Part shown: in pieces, positions 59,977 to 64,000 of the stretch
Numbering within the stretch: the first letter of the stretch is position 1
Layout of the letters: each line of letters opens with the position of its first letter
Assembly (NCBI GenBank): GCA_965223335.1
Contig: OZ244991.1
Span: forward strand, 1,664,001 to 1,728,000
Origin: Thermodesulfobacteriota bacterium
GTDB lineage: Bacteria; Desulfobacterota_D; UBA1144; Nemesobacterales; UBA2774
Direction: 5' to 3'
Length of the DNA stretch: 64,000 bases
Notes under the pieces: model-generated
Seen by the model: the letters and a program-made list of their open reading frames with translations, nothing else
The model's database searches: none
Told to the model about the DNA's origin: nothing
Translations under genes and position numbers: made by a program

Positions 59977-60480
59977 ATGCCTTTATTTGAATACGAGTGT
60001 GACGAGTGCATGAGCAGGTATAACAACGATATCGATGCCTTGGTCGCAAAGCTCAATAAGACAAACGCTTCTAAGATAATGAAAAACAACAAGGGAATTC
60101 TCTACATAGAGGTCACGGACGATACGAAAAAGAAGCAGAGCTTCGCGATGGGCGAGAAGGGCAAAAAGAGGGATATCCGTAGGTTTAAATACACACTCGA
60201 CAATGAAAAGGTCCTATACCTCGAGCTTGTAAACTTTAGGTTCAGCACCTTGATCTATGATGACGAGGACAAGGAGAACCTTAGCTGCCCTGCATGCGAA
60301 AGCACCGATGTCCGAAGGGTGTTCTCTACTTTTAAGGCCATATTCGACGACAAGAGCAAACGAGAACCCGGCCCCGGCGATGAGCTCAGATGGCATATGG
60401 AATACAAAGAACAAAAAGACGAAGAGATGAAAAACGACTGGGTTGGTCAAGAACATCTGAACCAGTACTTCAATAGATAA
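59977..60480 (+). CDS. FmdB-like zinc-ribbon protein with inserted domain (paralogue 1)
   Basis: MPLFEYECDEC-x92-CPAC...RRVFS. Confidence 0.75.
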   Translation: MPLFEYECDECMSRYNNDIDALVAKLNKTNASKIMKNNKGILYIEVTDDTKKKQSFAMGEKGKKRDIRRFKYTLDNEKVLYLELVNFRFSTLIYDDEDKENLSCPACESTDVRRVFSTFKAIFDDKSKREPGPGDELRWHMEYKEQKDEEMKNDWVGQEHLNQYFNR

Positions 60481-60500
60481 TAGGTTGTTGGGAGGTAGTA

Positions 60501-60986
60501 ATGCCGCTTTTTGAATACGAGTGTAAGGTTTGCAGAAAAGGTGTTGAGGAATCGATAGAACAGTTAACAAAAAAGGTTAATAAGAAAAAAGTGTCTGATC
60601 TGGTTAAGAAGTACGATAATATCAACCATATCGGTGTGCTTGATCTAGAGAATGAAAAGGTAGTTGCAGAGCATGGCAAACGCGATAGGGAAGCTGTGGA
60701 TCTGGATTTTTATATAAATGAAGGCGAGTTCCTGGTCTTTATAAACCTTCCCAGCAATTTCCGGTTTTCCGAACTCATATACGAAGAGGGCGATGAAAAA
60801 AAAGTAAAATGCCCTTATTGCGATACTAAAAAAATTGAGAAGGTCGTATCTGGTTTTGCATTTACATCCGATCTGTCCACCGACATGCCCAAACCCGATC
60901 TATCCAATCTGCCGCCGGGTGTAAGGGAAAATACTTTTATAGGTGATTATATAGAAGAGAAAGACAGACCCAAGAAAAACAGATAG
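60501..60986 (+). CDS. FmdB-like zinc-ribbon protein with inserted domain (paralogue 2)
   Basis: MPLFEYECKVC-x92-CPYC...EKVVS; GGGAGG RBS. Confidence 0.75.
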   Translation: MPLFEYECKVCRKGVEESIEQLTKKVNKKKVSDLVKKYDNINHIGVLDLENEKVVAEHGKRDREAVDLDFYINEGEFLVFINLPSNFRFSELIYEEGDEKKVKCPYCDTKKIEKVVSGFAFTSDLSTDMPKPDLSNLPPGVRENTFIGDYIEEKDRPKKNR

Positions 60987-61046
60987 CAGTTATTGCGAAA
61001 AGTAACCAAATAAATTGATCCAAACTTGGAGGAGAGGGTGAATTTA

Positions 61047-62777
61047 ATGCCAAAGATTTTTCCGTATCTTTTAGTTGGTGGTGATGGGTGGAGAAGCACG
61101 TTACATTTAAGACATCTGCTCATATTGCTCGGGATGGCATTTGCTGTTGCGGCCTGTCACGAAGAAAACCACACTCCATCCGGAGGTTCAGAAGGCACCG
61201 GCAGTGATTTAAGCAGCGAGGCACCCACAATAACCTTCGGCCCGGTATTTACACTTGCCCCCAACCCAAACACCCCGCTTGCAGGACTTCTCGAATTGGC
61301 AACCGATGAGCTCACTACCGTAGAGGTATCCATCATTAATGGCGTCAACAACCAAATCATCCTATTCCAAGACTTCGGTATTAACCACTCACTTCCTGTT
61401 TTAGGTTTTAGACCCGGCCACAACTATACCATACAGGTAAAGGTTATTGATCAGACAGGGGCAGAGACCACTCATGGGGAAAATATATTTGTTACTACAG
61501 CCCCGCTACCCAAAGATTTCCCACCTATCCATGTTGAGAGCACCCCTGAGAATATGGAGCCCGGTGTTACGATGTTTAACGTGGGTGGCAACGGAGCAAA
61601 CAGCAGCTTCGGTACTGCGATAGTAATTATTGACGAGGTGGGCGAGGTGGTCTGGTACCATCGGCCCGGTTCCGGTGTTAGTGACGTGAGACGACTCTCT
61701 AACGGGAATATAATTTTTATCAATACTAACACAAGGGCGAATGTAACAGAGATAGATATGCTAGGGAATATCACTAACGAATGGCACGCTGCTCTCACCG
61801 TAGGTGGCAATCCCGGGAGCATCCCAGTTTTTACGGAATCCATTCACCATGAAATCTTTGAGATGGAAAACGGCAACTTGGTAGTGCTCAGCTTTGAGCT
61901 TAGGTTCTTTGAAAACTATTGGACGAGCCTTATCGACCCGTTTGCACCCCGTGAGACTGCTCCGGTCATAAGCGACCGCATAGTGGAGTTCACCAGGGAC
62001 GGCACTATTGTAAATAACTGGTCTCTGTTCGATATTATAGACCCCTATCGTGTGGGCTATGATGCATTGGGTGGGTTCTGGAACTCGTTCTTTCCCGAAC
62101 TTGAGGGCGGCACACGCGACTGGAGCCATGGTAATGCTGTGATTCACGACCCGGCTGACAATACATTTATAGTGTCGCTTCGTCATCAAGACGCTGTGGT
62201 TAAATTCAAGAGGGAAACGGGGGAGCTTGTGTGGATACTGGGCACACATGCCAATTGGGACCCCGAGATCTATGGGCCATTTCTGCTTAACCCCGTCGGT
62301 GAAGGGTTTTTGTGGCAGTACCACCAGCATGCCCCTATGATTACACCCGAGGGCAATATTCTGATATTCGATAACGGTAACCACAGGGCTAGCCCCTTTG
62401 ATCCGGGACTCCCTGCCACAGAGAATTTCAGCAGGGCCGTGGAGTACAGGATAGATGAAGAAAATATGCAGATCGAGCAGGTCTGGGAATACGGGCAGTT
62501 TGCAAGCGAGATTATATACACACCGTTTATAGGCGATGCGGATCACTTGCCTTTGACCGGCAATGTCCTGGTTAATTTCGGTGGCATTACACTAGACAGC
62601 GAGGGTAACCCCACAAACACCGTGTTCCGGACAAAAAACTCTGTTAGACTCGTTGAGGTCCAAAGGGGAGAGACTAACGAGATTGTGTTCGAGATGTCTA
62701 TCGAGGACACTACCGGCGGGCCTACCGATGGATGGATCACATACAGAGCCGAGAGGCTAACGGGTATTTATCCTTAG
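61047..62777 (+). CDS. Aryl-sulfate sulfotransferase (ASST)-like lipoprotein
   Basis: Lipobox VAAC; NP..PL N-terminal motif; HHE, DWSHGNA, SLRHQ, HQH, FDNG, SRAVEY. Confidence 0.85.
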   Translation: MPKIFPYLLVGGDGWRSTLHLRHLLILLGMAFAVAACHEENHTPSGGSEGTGSDLSSEAPTITFGPVFTLAPNPNTPLAGLLELATDELTTVEVSIINGVNNQIILFQDFGINHSLPVLGFRPGHNYTIQVKVIDQTGAETTHGENIFVTTAPLPKDFPPIHVESTPENMEPGVTMFNVGGNGANSSFGTAIVIIDEVGEVVWYHRPGSGVSDVRRLSNGNIIFINTNTRANVTEIDMLGNITNEWHAALTVGGNPGSIPVFTESIHHEIFEMENGNLVVLSFELRFFENYWTSLIDPFAPRETAPVISDRIVEFTRDGTIVNNWSLFDIIDPYRVGYDALGGFWNSFFPELEGGTRDWSHGNAVIHDPADNTFIVSLRHQDAVVKFKRETGELVWILGTHANWDPEIYGPFLLNPVGEGFLWQYHQHAPMITPEGNILIFDNGNHRASPFDPGLPATENFSRAVEYRIDEENMQIEQVWEYGQFASEIIYTPFIGDADHLPLTGNVLVNFGGITLDSEGNPTNTVFRTKNSVRLVEVQRGETNEIVFEMSIEDTTGGPTDGWITYRAERLTGIYP

Positions 62778-62791
62778 TTTAATAGGGAGTA

Positions 62792-63454
62792 TTAATCGCG
62801 TCCGTACTCGTCTTTAGTTTTACCAAACCTCTTTTGGAGCTCTCCCATTATGTCATCGGGACCAAGATCAAAGTAGGCGAGCAGTACCATACAGTGGAAC
62901 CAAAGATCGGCGACCTCGTATGTTATCTCTTCCCTATCGTTATTTTTGGCCCCTATTATCGTCTCTCCGGCTTCCTCGCCGATTTTTTTCGAGATCTTGT
63001 CTACACCCTTCTCAAAGAGGCCGCTTACATACGAGCCCTCACGCGCATTACGTTTTCTGTCTAAAATAACTTCGTATACATCTTTTAGGATATTGGCACT
63101 CCTATCATTACCAAACGCAGGGGCCTGTGATTTAGTTCCCTCAATGTCGGTGTAAAAGCACGTAGCCTCACCGGTGTGGCAGGCCACACCGTTTTGGTGT
63201 ACCGATACCAAGAGCGTGTCCCGGTCACAGTCAAACCGTATGGACTCAACGTCCTGCGTGTTGCCCGATTCCTCACCCTTCATCCAGAGCTTGTGACGCG
63301 AGCGGCTCCAAAAGTGGGTTTTACGCGTATCGATGGTTTTTTGGATCGATTCCTTATTCCCGTATGCAACCATTAAGACCCTGCCGTTGGTACTATCCTG
63401 CACGACTACCGGTATGAGTCCATTATCATCGAATTTGAGCTCGTCTAAGTTCAT
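62792..63454 (-). CDS. hisIE: Bifunctional phosphoribosyl-AMP cyclohydrolase / phosphoribosyl-ATP pyrophosphatase
   Basis: SRSR..LW.KGEESG, DCDRD, ACHTG..CF, KKIGEEA, EVADL. Confidence 0.96.
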   Translation of the reverse strand: MNLDELKFDDNGLIPVVVQDSTNGRVLMVAYGNKESIQKTIDTRKTHFWSRSRHKLWMKGEESGNTQDVESIRFDCDRDTLLVSVHQNGVACHTGEATCFYTDIEGTKSQAPAFGNDRSANILKDVYEVILDRKRNAREGSYVSGLFEKGVDKISKKIGEEAGETIIGAKNNDREEITYEVADLWFHCMVLLAYFDLGPDDIMGELQKRFGKTKDEYGRD

Positions 63455-63588
63455 TTTAGTCCTCCGAACACGTTACATATTAACTGCATTGCTAGGGATT
63501 TCCGAGTTTTTATCTTCCGGATAGCTTTACTCCGTCGGGTTTATATCATATATTAATATGGTCTTTTATTTATTGAGAGGTGGATTAG

Positions 63589-63798
63589 ATGGCTAGAGTA
63601 ACAATTGAAGACTGTTTGGAGAAGGTTGTAAACAGGTTTGCACTATCGGTTGCTGCAATGAAGAGGGCCAAGCTCCTTGTAGGTGGCGCAGCACCCCTTT
63701 CCTCAGAGGTTGATAATAAACATGTGGTGCTGGCGCTACGCGAGATAGCAGAGGATAAGGTAAAGGTAGTCTACCCTCCGGGGCAGGATAGATACTAA
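63589..63798 (+). CDS. rpoZ: RNA polymerase omega subunit
   Basis: [10 protein letters not shown]...NRF.L...RA..L...ALREIA. Confidence 0.96.
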   Translation: MARVTIEDCLEKVVNRFALSVAAMKRAKLLVGGAAPLSSEVDNKHVVLALREIAEDKVKVVYPPGQDRY

Positions 63799-63945
63799 AT
63801 CCGACACATTGGATTTATTGGTTAATAGGTTTAGTTTCAGGTCACGAGTCAATTAGACTGTTACCCATACCAAACTTTTACTATCACAAATATTCAATAT
63901 ACTGTTGTTTTGTATCACCCATTTAACTTTTACGGATAGCTGCAT

Positions 63946-64000
63946 ATGATTCAGGTCGGAATCGATACGGGTGGGACCTTTACGGATTTTGTGTTCCTGA
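63946..64000 (+). CDS. 5' end of a hydantoinase/oxoprolinase family gene (runs off the window)
   Basis: MIQVGIDTGGTFTDFVFL; GIDTGGTFTD is the family N-terminal motif. Confidence 0.8.
   Translation, partial: MIQVGIDTGGTFTDFVFL

Noticed and set aside
59977..60986. Inteins as the explanation for the zinc-ribbon inserts
   Set aside because: Inserts are too short and lack intein terminal motifs (His-Asn followed by Cys/Ser/Thr)
61047..62777. Functional link between the ASST and the DsbA-like protein, as in the ASST-DsbL-DsbI system
   Set aside because: The genes are about 48 kb apart and this ASST has no Cys other than the lipobox Cys
260..63524. Many short antisense or alternate-frame ORFs in the track (e.g. 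44512-45294, 42307-42981, 61761-62546, 23618-24073)
   Set aside because: They shadow well-supported genes on the opposite strand and have no recognisable motifs
1..64000. CRISPR array, IS elements, rRNA, riboswitches
   Set aside because: No regularly spaced repeats, transposase or rRNA seen; no riboswitch recognised by eye, though an Infernal/Rfam scan of the larger intergenic gaps is needed to exclude one

Overview
64 kb of a Gram-negative bacterial chromosome. Gene content (Lgt/Lnt, TolB, AsmA, sigma54-type promoters, FmdB-type zinc ribbons) looks deltaproteobacterial-type, but taxonomy cannot be fixed from this window. Most of it is housekeeping: hisD, hisC, hisIE, lnt, lgt, tolB, thpR, msrB, mscL, aat, recG, sucAB, korAB-like, aspS, era, rpoZ, tRNA-Pro(CGG). 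There is also a redox/detox run and a GldAFG-type ABC exporter. The most interesting signals are: (1) an accessory block at 1-7240 encoding an ECF sigma factor, a zinc-binding anti-sigma whose outer domain resembles a subtilase propeptide, a subtilase, an M6-like metalloprotease and two more secreted proteins, with four exact TGAACC-N15-GTTAC promoters, i.e. a readable local regulon that may sense protease activity; (2) two sigma54-type promoters with the same enhancer layout, upstream of a divergent RpoD/RpoS-like sigma and a small acidic secreted protein; (3) an FrhB-family flavoprotein gene overlapping a 2-oxoacid:ferredoxin oxidoreductase alpha/beta pair next to sucAB; (4) tandem FmdB-type zinc-ribbon paralogues, each with exactly 92 residues between the CxxC pairs; (5) an uncalled 47-aa membrane ORF abutting lgt. 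No CRISPR array, integrase, transposase or rRNA was seen. All family calls come from motif recognition by eye, not database searches.
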